Both the position numbers and the translations under genes were made by a program. A DNA stretch of 64,000 nucleotides. It comes from Bispira polyomma. Its lineage: Eukaryota. Below the pieces are notes generated by a model. That model did no database searches. It was not told the origin of the DNA and was given only the letters and a program-made list of their open reading frames with translations. The stretch is taken from the NCBI GenBank assembly GCA_965649765.1, contig OZ287754.1:59396001-59460000 (forward strand), in the 5' to 3' direction. Positions 1-12,123 of this stretch are shown here, piece by piece (the stretch's first letter is position 1; each line of letters starts with the position of its first letter).

Positions 1-51
1 TCTGTTAGTGTTTCAACTCTGACCTGAGGATGTTAGTGTATTAATTCTCAC

Positions 52-179
52 CTGAGGATGCGTCTACAGTGGGAACACTTGAAGCACATCTTGTGGTACA
101 CAGCTTTGTCTGCGATCATCTTTTCCATCTCATAGACTCGCTTGCTGCAGGCAAAACATGTGTTGTCCACATTGGCTCC
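52..179 (-). CDS. LIM-domain exon (N-terminal part of a LIMA1/LIMD2/XIRP2/MICAL-type LIM domain); gene continues beyond window start
   Basis: Acceptor TTCTAG|, donor CAG|GTGAG. Translates GANVDNTCFACSKRVYEMEKMIADKAVYHKMCFKCSHCRRIL(S), i.e. C-x2-C-x17-H-x2-C-x2-C-x2-C with the VYxMEK..HKxCF signature of this LIM subgroup. 128 nt, phase 0 to 2. Missed by the ORF track. Confidence 0.93.
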
Positions 180-1073
180 CTAGAACCAGACACATAGCCA
201 GTGAACAGCTTATTACACCTGTAGTCTTATACACACATAGAATCTCAGTCACCTACAGCTACTACTAATAATATCCATATATCATTACATAATAGAGGAC
301 TGGAAACTATGACACACTTTTCTAAGTTATGAAGTATACTACTTGGTCAGTTAAGTCATTAACACTACTATTAAGTACTAATGGCTCTTTGTAGACGTCA
401 AGCATCTAAGAATATACTATTATTTCGGCAGTTTTTACATTTGAGCTTATCCACATCTATTTAGGTTACACCAGTACATATGTAGAGAATATAGCAACAT
501 TTATATACATAGAAATATACAATGAGTTGATGTAACACTGTGTGTATAGCATCTGTGTACGGTGGTAATTAACGAACAGAACAATCTGTGCACACAGTGG
601 ACACTAACAGAAACTCTAGGAGAAAAAAAGAGCAACGCTGTGTGGTATTAGTGGAAAATGAAACATAAAAACAGAATATGCAAAGCGCTGGGTTTAATTA
701 AAGAAACTAAAGTGAACACTGGCATATATAATATTAGCTGAAAATAAAACAGCAAAGAAAACCCATGCATGTGTAATATAGATAGAGATATTAGTTGAAC
801 CTCCTTTTTCTGAAAGAACATATATATAATCTCAGTTAGATGTGATATTATGCACTTAGATAAGATGAACATCAGTAAAACAAGTAGATTAACTAAACTG
901 TACTCTCCTTAAAGATATATCAAAAAGTAGATAAAGAGATAACATTTACATTATGTATATTTATATAAAAATACATGTGTACAGGTGCATTATTAAAATG
1001 CATGCAGGTACAACGATTTAATAACCCTTCAAGTTTTAAGTACATGAATAACTGTGGAAGCATAAAGCAGCTA

Positions 1074-1407
1074 TACTAGTGTACATCTCCACAAGTACCG
1101 TTTTCGCCATACCATGTGCGATTTGTTATTTGTTTCCTCCTTATAAATTATATACAACTGTCTCCACACACACAAACTCGCTGAACTATTTGCGATTGCG
1201 ATAAAAAAATTTGCTCCTAGAGTGGAAATTTTTACATCGGACAGAAAAATCACAGAGAAGTGGTGTCATAAACAATATTAAATCCACTAAAAGTCTTGTA
1301 ACCCCATACCAAATCACATTTGTAGAGACACAAACCACAAATATTTATCATAAATGGTACGATCGTACATCGCCAGATGGTACTTGTGAAGACGTACACC
1401 AAGAGTA
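1074..1407. mobile_element. degenerate MITE
   Basis: Imperfect terminal inverted repeats GTGTACATCTCCACAAGTACC / GGTACTTGTGAAGACGTACAC. Confidence 0.55.
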
Positions 1408-1570
1408 GATTTTGAGGGTTTACTGTAGCAGCCACTAAATGTGAAACACCTCCAAATCAGCAACCTCTAGGCTAAAACCTGGTATACAAACTGGATAGCT
1501 TAATATAAGGGTTATATAGAAGGAAAGCTATTGTATCCAGAACTTGTAAGATGCTAATAAGTTGGAACAA

Positions 1571-1727
1571 TTCCAAGAATTTACTAGACAAGGTGCCGCC
1601 ATGTTGGAATTTAGCGTATGAATACATCACGTTAAACATTAAGGATAACACTAAAACCCATAATGCTGTGATAATAGTAGAAAGAACTACTTTCAATATG
1701 GCCATGCCCTGTTAAGTTAATTCTAGA
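1571..1727. mobile_element. small MITE (relative at 37930-38080)
   Basis: ~35-bp imperfect TIRs, interior homologous to the 37.9-kb copy. Confidence 0.65.
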
Positions 1728-2900
1728 TTTTTGTATATTTTTAGCCTAATAGTTTTAAATCCTCTGTTCGAAAAGGAACTATATTTTTTCAGTGATCTAC
1801 ATTCTTTGTGATGTGGTTTAGCAGGTGTCACAATGTCTCTGCAAATACCAAACTATGACTGTGTGTTTGAGAGAAAGAGAGAAACATGTCATTTTATTAC
1901 TACATTTGTACACTAGTTAACCTCACCAAGGTCTGACACAATATCTATTATGAGTTTTCACACGAGAATCTGTGATATCAAAGTCCAAAAGTCTTGCGAA
2001 ATAAAATAATTGATACCCTTCTTCTAATCAAACTAGAATTTTGGGTTTAATTCGGTACATTGTTGATTTGGTCTATTGTTTTGTTGAGGTAAAAATACTA
2101 TTAACCTTTACGTCATTGCACCAATCAGTTAGGTAATCCTCAATTAACTTCAACTTCCACAATTAAGTTTCATGGAATGAAATTTTTTGAAATATTGAAA
2201 ACGTACTCAATGACTTAATTGGCAGCACATAATAAGCTTGTGTGGAACTAGTGAGGGTATTCATGATTATTTTTTGGCGTTTGTAATTTTTCATGGACCA
2301 GTTACCGCGATCGGTGAAGTAATCGTTGCCACACATGAGTGTCATTCATGGATATTTTTTTATACAAAATGAGTGTGTATTTTGAGCACGAATGGCCACG
2401 GCTTGCAATTTACCTAGATCCTTGGTATTTGGCCACTGATCCTCTAAGTGCATCTCCTTAGACAACTTGCAGTGTACTATAAGCTGTACAACCTGATATC
2501 TGAGAGCCTGACAGGCTATCATGCCAGTCTTTTCTTCAAAACATTTTTGTGTTCCCAGACCAAGGTTTAGTTTACAGTGAACAGTTTTAACCTATTTTAG
2601 AAATATGGCCAAATCTTTTGTCACTTATGAAATATAAAGCTGCAAAATTGCAGGAAACTGTTAAGGCTTTTGAACACCTTAACCAGTTAGGTACAATATG
2701 AGTGAGAGTGCATCAGGCATGTGTTATTGTCTTTAATTGTGTGTACATCCCAAGAATAGCATTACCCCCCCAGACTTAATTGATTCTGTATGACCATATA
2801 TGTGTACATTATGACTTGCAGAGTCTTTTTTTTTTATTAATCATTTTCTGAGTCATTTCTACCTCATTTACTATATGTTATTATTGTCTAATGTGTCTAC

Positions 2901-3117
2901 TACACGGGTGGTCACAATAATGTCTGGATCATAATAGTGTCTGTTGCATTTTTAAAGAACGTACTGACGGAAATCAATATTGAAAACACGTGCTACTTTA
3001 TGCCTAGGAATTAAATTACACAATAATAGATTTTATTTCTTAGAAATCTACGTTTTATACCTTAAAATGTGTGTCGACCAATATTGTGACCCAGACACTA
3101 TTGTGACCGCCCGTGTA
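2901..3117. mobile_element. TA-flanked MITE
   Basis: ~36-bp TIR TACACGGG(T/C)GGTCACAATA(A/G)TGTCTGG at both ends. Confidence 0.8.
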
Positions 3118-3793
3118 CCAAAATCAGAAACTTAACAGACACAATTTTTGTTTGAATGTAATATTGTGCCTTAAGGGTTAAAAACATACACGTGTGTAAA
3201 TATAGTATAAAAAACAATATATATATATATATATATCAAACAAAAAAAGTCATTTCTGTACAAGATTTCTCCAGGCAAACAAGTAAAATGAGCTGTACAT
3301 ATATACAATCTATACGTTAATGTATATATACTGTACTTTCTGTAATAAATGCCCCCAGGGCTTTGGCATTTTTTTCCAAAAGGCGAGGTGGGGGGGGAGG
3401 GGGGGAGGGGCTATTATTAAAGAAAACACTGTTGCTATATGGCAGTGTAACATATATTGTTAAGATATCATAGTAATAAGTATAACACATTTAAACTATC
3501 AGTAGAATGTCTGGATGCTTAACTGTAGGTCATCACATTCCTATTTTGGGTCTATACATTCACGTGCTGATCTGCATAACGATATAATTATTTTATTCAG
3601 GATGAATATTTGAACATGTTCAACACTGCCTGAAGGGGAGAAGTGTGTTACAAATATGCCATTAGATTTTAGTTGTGGTACCTGCAAAAATATTGGCATT
3701 TTAGTGATCTAAATATCATTGTAGAAAAGGGGTTGGGTGGAGGTGGGGTATATAATTAGAAAGAGAGGCGGGGCCTCTATTACAGATAATACG

Positions 3794-3797
<4 letters not shown>

Positions 3798-3844
<47 letters not shown>
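3798..3844. repeat. (TA)n microsatellite
   Basis: Read directly; shorter ones at ~3218-3236 and ~40013-40040. Confidence 0.95.
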
Positions 3845-3846
<2 letters not shown>

Positions 3847-3905
3847 AGAGATTTGTTAGGTGTGCCCGTGTATGAGTTATATATAACAGGGCGTGTAAGT
3901 CCTAC

Positions 3906-3959
3906 CAGTCCAGGGACACTCCAGGGCTTTCTGTTGCTTTCTCTGTTCTTACGAGTACC
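3906..3959 (-). CDS. candidate 54-nt symmetric exon (GTRKNRESNRKPWSVPGL)
   Basis: TTGTAG| ... CTG|GTAGGA, phase 0 to 0. A CTCTAAC branch-like motif and a long UG-rich tract lie upstream. In frame with the LIM exon. Confidence 0.6.
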
Positions 3960-6097
3960 CTACAATAGGTACACAAATCGGCTGTACACAACAACAACAC
4001 AACAAGACCACAACACAACAAGCACAACATGGCAGCCAGCACAAAGAAAGGGTTAGAGGCCAAATCACAACACGCTCGTCACTTTGGGGCCATTTGACTC
4101 ACAATACTCGCTATATATATGTGTTAAAATGTGGTAAAGAATATAATTATTTTAATAGATTATTTAAAATAGCAGCCCCCAAAATGACGAGAGAAAAAAA
4201 AAGAGGAGGACTCTTTTCTGACTCATACCTTGCAATTTGAACATATTATAGTGCAGTAGATGATGAGCCATTTTTTTTTTACCAATTTATAATGACTAAT
4301 TTAGGTCTTTGGTGTTTTACTCCCTCAAGTAATTGTTTTAGAATTGAGTAATGGTCAAAGATAGACCGATTTACCGTGTTCCCATCGTCAATGCTGGGAT
4401 TTGCTTATAGATGGTAACAACCGATTTTAAACAAGAAGATTTACATTTTGCCTTGTTAAATTATGAAGTGGGCGGAAAAAAGTACTGTCTAAGGTAAACC
4501 AAATAAAATACATGTTTAGTATGTTCCGGAAGCATATAATTACTCCATTAGGGAAAATCAAATTAATAACATTAAGTCTGGTGCAGTAAGAAAAACACTT
4601 CAAGAATGTGTTCTTTATCAATATAAATCATTTCATTTATCGACAATGATTAAGGTTTTAATCTCGTAATAGTTAATATTTTTTAAAAGCAGGTGGCAAG
4701 TGACAGAACATGCAGAGCAAAAAAAATGGCGATAACTTCTGTAATAGCTCAGCAGAATTGGGTTTTTTTGTAGGTACAGGACAGAAATCTAAACCTCTGC
4801 GAGTCAAACGACCCTAATATACATAGATCATCAACCTGGGTGTTTCTCAAACCCACTCGACAACAAACTGTTAATGTCAAGAGACTAAAGCACAAGATGC
4901 ACAGATTCATTGCAAACTATTAGACAGCTGGAAAAGGTTCAAAGAAATCACATATAGAACATTGTTGGTAAAAAGCCAATTATCACTGCAGATATTGGAG
5001 AAATGCAAAATTTACAAAAGATGCAAAAAAAAGAGACAATGTGATTGCAAAATGATACATACTGTCCCAGCATCATGCTGAAATAAGAGATAAGTACACT
5101 TAAATAAATACATGTATTACACAATTCACCACCAAAGTGTTTTAACAGAGGCTAACACTGTAACACATTTAAACATGCAGTCAACTACAGCGTCTGGCAC
5201 TTATAAACACTTATAAACACTAACCTTTAACCCCCCAAAAAGTACAAGTTTTCAATAGCACAAACCAAAACAAATTACAAATTTTTTTAATTTGGACTAA
5301 TAATTTTAATACACCTTCATAATTCTTTTATAATTCTTTATGTACAGTAAAAGTGATACTATGCATCACAAGACACTAATTTAAAAAGACAAGCAAGCGT
5401 TTTTGGTATGGGGCACCATTGAATAGGCTGAGTTTGGATGATCCAGGATTAACTAACTACAATTAGAAATTGTGTAAACTCGATCTTTGGGAGGGTTCGG
5501 AAACAGGGAGAAAATTCAGCTAGATAGGAGTCATAATGGGCGAGTTGTTTGCAAAACTTTAAACATCGTTAATTTTGACTGGATTTTTGTCTCGAAATTG
5601 TCTTGAGATTAAGCCTGAAAGTCAAATTTAAACAGCAATAAACTTTATCCCTAGATAGACCCATATACTAAATCTAAATCAATTTCATCAATTATTGTTT
5701 TGAGTTAGACTATTACTTGGTATAGCAGTGTGGAATCCAGAGTATCCCCCGACATTCATCCGGGGATAAAATAAGCTACACAATAGATACAGGCGGGGTG
5801 GGGGGCAGATGTTTGGATTCTACACTAAACATACATTGAGCGTTCTATCTGGGGTGAAACATGTGACAGAAAAGGTGAAGTTTACTAATAGTGATGTTGT
5901 TGCCAGAGTGAAAGTGGACATATACAATTACCTAGAGAACAAGTTTCCATGGTTACATGCTTTCAAATAATACCAGTGCTACTACCATAGGGGTGAGTGA
6001 GGGCTACATATACCAAAGACTCGACCTGGTCCAGCTAACTAGTGTGAACACAAGCTGACACAAGGTGAGCCAAATAAACCCAGCATGGTTGTAATAT

Positions 6098-6370
6098 GTA
6101 AGTGTAAAGGGACAATGTCAAAAGACATGCAAAGCCAGTGACACATAAACCCAGTGAGTTTGTAAGTGTAGAGGGACAATGTTAAGAGACATACAAAGCC
6201 AGTGATACATAAACCCAGTGAGTTTGTGAGTGTAGAGGGATAATGTCAAGAGACATACAAAGCCAGTGACACATAAACCCAGTGAGTTTGTGAGTGTAGA
6301 GGGACAATGTCAAGAGACATACAAAGCCAGTGACACATAAACCCAGTGAGTTTGTGAGTGTAAAGGGACA
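6098..6370. repeat. 64-bp minisatellite, ~4.2 copies
   Basis: AGTGTA(A/G)AGGGA recurs at 6101, 6165, 6229, 6293 and 6357. Confidence 0.95.
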
Positions 6371-6389
6371 TTGATATCCGGAGACTTAC

Positions 6390-6457
6390 AAAGTCATCAC
6401 CAGCCCAGATAGTGATGAGAAAGCTGAAGGGAAGAGATGGCTTCATTGATTCCTCTT
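6390..6457 (-). CDS. candidate alternative exon ((E)EESMKPSLPFSFLITIWAGDDF)
   Basis: TGTCCTACAG| ... TTT|GTAAGT, phase 1 to 0 like exon 8144-8256. Could instead be an alternative first exon starting at its internal ATG. Confidence 0.3.
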
Positions 6458-6519
6458 CTGTAGGACACACCAGCTCAGGAACAGCCTTTAACAGATCCAC
6501 TTATTACTGGGGTACTCGG

Positions 6520-6997
6520 AAACAGGGATGAAAGCAATAGAGTATGTTCCACTTAGTAATAGGGGTGAGAACAATAGAGTATGGTCCACTTAGTAACAGG
6601 GGTGAAAGCAATAGAGTATGGTCCACTTGGTAACAGGGGTAAAAGCAATAGAGTATTGTCCACTCAGTAACAGGAGTGAAACAATAGAGTATGGTCCACT
6701 TGGAAACGGGGGTGAAAGAAAAAGTATGGTCCTCTTAGTAAGAGGGGTGAAAGCAATAGAGTATGGTCCACTCACTAACAGGGGTGAAAGCAATACAGTA
6801 TGGTCCTCTCAGTAATGGGGGTGAAAGCAATACAGTATGGCTCACTCAGTAACAGGGGTGAGAGCAATAGAGTGTGGTCTACTCATTAACAGGGGTGAAA
6901 GAAATAGAGTATGGTCCTCTCAGTAATGGGGGTGAAAGCAATAAAGTATAGTCCACCCAGTAATAGGGTGTAGATAATACAGTATAGTCCACTCAGT
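6520..6997. repeat. 37-bp minisatellite, ~13 copies
   Basis: Unit AACAGGGGTGAAAGCAATAGAGTATGGTCCACT(T/C)AGT. Confidence 0.95.
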
Positions 6998-7835
6998 TAC
7001 ATAAGTGTACATAATACATCATAAGGAGAGTCAATGCTTTCAGCTGGTGTAACAGTGAATAAAATCAGTTCATTCAGGAATCTCTATGGATCCTTCCATG
7101 TGTATGGTGATTTCTGGCCTTGGCCAGTCTGCTTCAGTGATTTTGTGGGAGAGATATAGACAGCAGTGATTGGCAGATGTCACTTTGACTAGCCAGCAGG
7201 AGTTTTTATAGTCAGTTACTATAGTGACATCCAACTGACACTGTGTCTGTCAGTTGGCCATATTATAGATATTCTGCCCCAGAAGTGACCCAGTGAGATA
7301 TAATCCAGCTCTAGGTACGAAACTTTTTCAGAGAGAACTGATGCTTGTTGGAGGAGCTTCGGTGTCAAAGTGTGAAAACAAAAAAGCAGCCTTGTGGTGA
7401 TGCCTAATTAGAACACAAGATTTAAACAATGATGAAGTAACGATTTGCTTATTTACTGAATTACATTAGCAATTGCATTTTAAGAATATTTTTGAATATG
7501 GGTCCTGGGTGTGAACTGTTGTTATAAATAATCAACTATTAAATATTTAAGTACTGTATGTTGAAATGACGCAGATTTAGATTAATTGCAATACAAATTG
7601 ACCATTTTATGCGAAATAAGAAAGTTGCGCATTACCGATAATGCATCGCACACACACCCAGTGACCCCTTTAACCATTAAAAGGTCTATGTACAGCCCAG
7701 ACATGTACATGTATACTGTACACTATATCTATTAATACAGTCTACTCTGTGTATAGGGCTTACAGTGATGTAGAACTTTGACAGATACACGGTATCATAT
7801 CTATGCTGACTATTATGTAGACCTCCCGACACACA

Positions 7836-8058
7836 GAGTAAGAAATCTAAAATTGGCCACTGTATCTAAAATTGGCCACCCCAAAATTCAAGCTAAATCA
7901 ATCAAAACTGGCGAAATATAACTAGAATTTGGATAACAAAGGCAAAATAGTCAAAAAAATCTCGATTTTAGCAGATATTACTCACAATTCTACCAAAAAC
8001 ACGACATTTTGTAGGTGGCCAATTTCAGATATAGTGGCCAATTTTAGGTTCCTTACTC
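7836..8058. mobile_element. MITE (second copy at 21948-22146)
   Basis: ~50-bp TIR GAGTAAGAAATCTAAAATTGGCCACTGTATCT. Confidence 0.85.
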
Positions 8059-8143
8059 TACCAGGTACAGTCTACACTTATAGCACAGTCCTCACACATT
8101 CACTGTACACACACTACATGAGACACTCTATGTATAGACTTAC

Positions 8144-8256
8144 AGTGACGAACACTCCCGGAGCCTTGCTTTCATGAATGAAGGTCTGCTCCTGTTTGAC
8201 ATAACGTTTGGGGGGCTGGTAATCTGACAACGTGTCTTCAACTCTGGGCCGACCAT
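8144..8256 (-). CDS. internal coding exon (DGRPRVEDTLSDYQPPKRYVKQEQTFIHESKAPGVFVT)
   Basis: TGTGTTTTTCAG| acceptor and consensus ACT|GTAAGT donor. 113 nt, phase 1 to 0, compatible with the downstream 3959 and 179 exons. Confidence 0.8.
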
Positions 8257-8649
8257 CTGAAAAACACACAGAGGTAAACAACTCACTTACGAGATACACA
8301 GGTCTGGATATTTAACCCACTTATATCACACAAAATATGCTCTGAACAAGATCTGAAACCAAGAAAGCTCAAAGATTAGTATATAAAAGTTGTACTTTAT
8401 ACAAAATAATAATAATATATTATTTACAGTTTTCTGTAGTAAAATATAGTAATTATATATCAGTGGAAAACACAATAATAATAAGTGCCGAGAAGTCTTC
8501 ATATTTCTGAAACATAAATCCAAAGCTGGAGTAATTACTATATAGGAGTCTTAGAAATACATTGGATTTATTGAAATATTTCAAGAGTACACACTTTTCT
8601 CCCCAACGTCAGTAGAAATCAGATATTTAGCTAAATAAGTGCCACTTAC

Positions 8650-8701
8650 CAATTTCAGGTGTGAGTGTCTCATCACTGAAGTGCAACCTATCCAAAAGCA
8701 T
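8650..8701 (-). CDS. candidate alternative first coding exon (MLLDRLHFSDETLTPEI-)
   Basis: ATG preceded by an in-frame TGA, consensus TTG|GTAAGT donor, phase 1 matching the 8256 acceptor. Confidence 0.45.
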
Positions 8702-8809
8702 CACTTCTCAGGATTCAGGTGTATCAAACACAAAATATGGTCTATGGAAGTGTATGTTCCCCTTACTGAGATCTAAGTTATGACTTAAAATGAATAGCAT
8801 TTCTCTTAC

Positions 8810-8849
8810 CAGTATCATCTGACATATCAGAAGTGGCTACCTTAACCAT
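8810..8849 (-). CDS. second candidate alternative first coding segment (MVKVATSDMSDDT-)
   Basis: ATG after an in-frame TGA, donor CTG|GTAAGA, phase 1. Confidence 0.3.
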
Positions 8850-10275
8850 ACAACATCAGGGGGCCAAGGATTGTTCTTAATTTCCAATAATCAAATTGCT
8901 CGAGACAAAAACTTGTAGGCCAAGAAGACTGGCTGTGAGAACCAGCTCAGATCTGACTTGTGGTCTCATTCCCTCAGAGTGGCCTATAAACAACTGTATA
9001 CTCTTGACCCAAGAATCATCACTACAAGGTCAAACAGCCCATTATTTGGACCTCTTTTCTACCTCTTGTAATAGCCAAGGTTAGATTTGGAAGTCAACAG
9101 TCACTGCATCAGAATTGGCCAAAGTTTGCTCTATTGGAGACAGCTGACCCTAGTAGGCTTTGTTTCAAGGACGATGACATTACACCAAGGTCATTGAGGT
9201 CACTGAATTTCCGCCTCAATTACATACCCAGGCACGTACACACAATCCTTAGTGGGCAAATTGTTTCTATTGACAATATTTATTGTTTATGTTCTTGGTT
9301 ACTGATACGTCTATTGGTAATGTATGCATACTAATATCGTACACTGGAGAGATTTTCACCTTGGGCTAGGGATTTTAATACAAATTAATGTAATTTTTAT
9401 CACATCATCTATTTCCTCATTATAATGTAATATTTTCAAGCATATTTTTACTTGTAATTCCACATACATGAATAAACAATTTAGCGGGTACCTCTTCCTG
9501 TTTCGTCAGGGTAATACTCCAGTTTCTTGATATATACCCCGATATCGGCCGATATTAAAATAATTTGACCTTTGATATTTATGATATAAAAACAATTTTT
9601 CTACTAATAACCACATAAACAAGTGTCAAATCATTCACCCACGCATTGTACTGTGCAACACAAATTATCCAATCACTGATTCATGCCCACCGTACCATAC
9701 AATCATCTACACATTTTGTCAGTTCCCAAATCTGGAATCATCTGGCTAGCAAAGACTGCTATAAACTACGTGTGACAAATGGGTTATGTGCTGGTCATCT
9801 TATGTAGCTTTCATTTAATTTAATCAACACAGTAGTGGCCATAACTGTAAATGAATAATATAAGCTAGCAACTTTCTCTGTTTTCAAATGTCTATTCGAA
9901 TCACTTCACTGACAAAGCTACAATTATAATGCGGCTATAATATCAAATCGTATTGTAATTTAAAATTTTCAAGAGAAGTAGCAAAATAATCGCAATTTTA
10001 AATCAATTCATTGAAACATTATGGTGAAAGCCTCGATAGCAAATACACCAGGGTTTAGATTCAACCAAACAAAATCAACAAAATCTTCAGATTAAGACTG
10101 AGTTTAGACTAAGACGATTTTGTGAATACGGCCTAAGGCTTTAAACGGCACGTCCACACTAGTTGGTGAAGATCAGCCCTCTGACCACCAATACACCCAC
10201 TCCTACACACACACACATTTGGCCCCTCACACACACACTGTACACAAAGAAAGTAGGCCACACAAACTGTGCACA

Positions 10276-10281
10276 TTTATT
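10276..10281 (-). terminator. polyadenylation signal for the 12.1-kb terminal exon
   Basis: AATAAA on the minus strand followed within ~15-60 nt by GU/U-rich sequence (GTTTGTGTGG...TTTCTTTGTGTACAGTGTGTGTG). Implies a 3' UTR of ~1.6 kb. Confidence 0.5.
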
Positions 10282-10502
10282 TCTGAAAACTACAAGCACA
10301 TTCTACAGAAAACACATTGGAATAAATATTCTGAAACAATAAATAAACAATGTCGAATTTAGCCCACAAAAAAAACATAAAAGAGAAGGAAGTCATTTTT
10401 TTTGTTTTGATGCACACCAAATTTGCACACCAGATATTTTTTTATTACCATCTGAACGGAACAAAACGAGAAGCTTTAATGAGTAGCTTTATATGTCACA
10501 TT

Positions 10503-10722
10503 TAGTTTGAATTTAGTTGGGTTTTGCATTGCTTTCAACAGCTTAGGTCATTTCACGATGGCCAGATTTAATAGTGAAAGAAGCTAGTGCTGAAGCCACT
10601 GTAAACCACCGACCTACGGAAAGAACTTGACAAACTTTTCCCACATTAAGGAACGAACAGGATTCAAAGCCCAAATTGATGAGAGGCCAGTGATTATGAA
10701 GTTAGTGCTTCTTACTACTAGG
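10503..10722 (-). mobile_element. tRNA-derived SINE (MetaSINE-like), inside the predicted 3' UTR
   Basis: Core CCGTAGGTCGGTGGTTTACAGTG..CAGCACT and tail AAAACCCAACTAAATTCAAACTAA shared with the other copies. Confidence 0.75.
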
Positions 10723-11862
10723 GGTGGGATGGTAGTAAAAATTTGGGTCCAGTACATCGTTGGTCATATACCGTTCCGATTCCGAGTTACCGCCCCCCCA
10801 AAAAATAGGACCATATACTGCAAATCGAAAACACCCTTGATTATAGGAAGTAATCAAATCAAAACAACAGGTTTGTTATGACTAGAAATAGGCAAAAAAT
10901 ACTAAAAACTCAACAAATTTCAATAGTTTACCAACATAAAACCTACTTTTAGGATTCAATAGATACAGTTTTGTAAGCCTGCATTTTCGGAATTTCGGTA
11001 TCTCTATTTAGTAGTCACGCTATTTAAGCAAAGATGTTGCCGATACGCATGTACCACGACTTATACCATTTGACCTACTAATCACTAGGCCACCACAGTC
11101 TCCTCTCCACGTTTTATATCTTGCAAGCAAGACACATAAAGAGTCGGGTAGAAAGCAACTGGCGAAAAATTTACACTGGGGTGTAAATGTGTTTGCGCGC
11201 ACAAAGAATTCTAGTCACATATAAAAGTATAAAACATCTCTTTAAGAAAACCTGTCACTGTATTATTCTTCTATACATAATATTATAGAAATGTATATAT
11301 ACATACATCGACTGAATCAGAAAAATACCAACACGCACAAAGTAGTACACAATTTGACTATGAACAAAGTATTACACAGAAAGAGAACAAGGGCTACTTA
11401 GCAAGGGGGGGGGGAGGGGGCCTGTAATATAGAATTTTTACATAATATTATACATATATGTGTTCATCTCTAAAGAAACATTGACATCAAAGATGTAATT
11501 TCTGGCTTCTAATTCCTTTTACAAAAACAGAAAAACAATTGACAACATATTCACCAGTAACAGAACGTCAGTACTTAGTAACTACTGTATATATATATTT
11601 TTTCCCACAAAATGTCAACACACTACATACTATTCTTCTCTTGTCACCTAAAAATACTGAGAGAAAAAATGCAATATGGTTAAAGGACGAAATTGACCAG
11701 ATAGAAATTGTTTGATTTTGTTGTGTATAGTTCTTGTTACATATTTGAAAAGAAAAAGGTTTTTGGGGGTTTTTTTTCTTGGTTCTATCTTTGTGTTCAG
11801 TTCAAGAACTCCATATATGGGTGTTTCTGTTCCTTGGGACTCTCCGGGTTGTTTTGTGTCAT

Positions 11863-12123
11863 CTAGGAACTCTTTAACGAAATCACTGTTTTGGACGTCA
11901 TGGTGTTGCTGGCTGGAGCCGCCCCTCCTGCTTTGCTGGAGGCCTGGGCCTGTGCTGGGGCCGGGTGGTGACGTTTAGGTGGTGGGGAGTAGTTGTTCTC
12001 TACTGGACCACTGTCCACCTCCTCACTGACACCGTTGAAGGTCATCTTCTGTGTGGATTGGAAGCCAGTGCCGGACTTCATGGGGGGAGGAGTCACCTCT
12101 CTGGGGGGGGTAAAGCGCACAGG
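11863..12123 (-). CDS. alternative terminal coding exon (PVRFTPPREVTPPP...VISLKSS*)
   Basis: TGTGTCTTTTTTCAG| acceptor, phase 0, GC-rich coding-like 86 aa ending in TAG. Confidence 0.8.
   Translation of the reverse strand, partial: PVRFTPPREVTPPPMKSGTGFQSTQKMTFNGVSEEVDSGPVENNYSPPPKRHHPAPAQAQASSKAGGAAPASNTMTSKTVISLKSS

Noticed and set aside
3796-4056. 86-aa plus-strand ORF starting MYIYIYI
   Set aside because: It begins in a (TA)n microsatellite and is antisense to a candidate exon.
6520-6997. CRISPR-like appearance of the 37-bp array (also the 23-bp array at 31.8-32.6 kb)
   Set aside because: Units are head-to-tail with no unique spacers, there are no cas genes, and the context is a eukaryotic intron.
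9490-9560. Possible phase-1 exon (..YIKKLEYYPDETGR)
   Set aside because: Weak GTACCC donor and no convincing acceptor or start codon.
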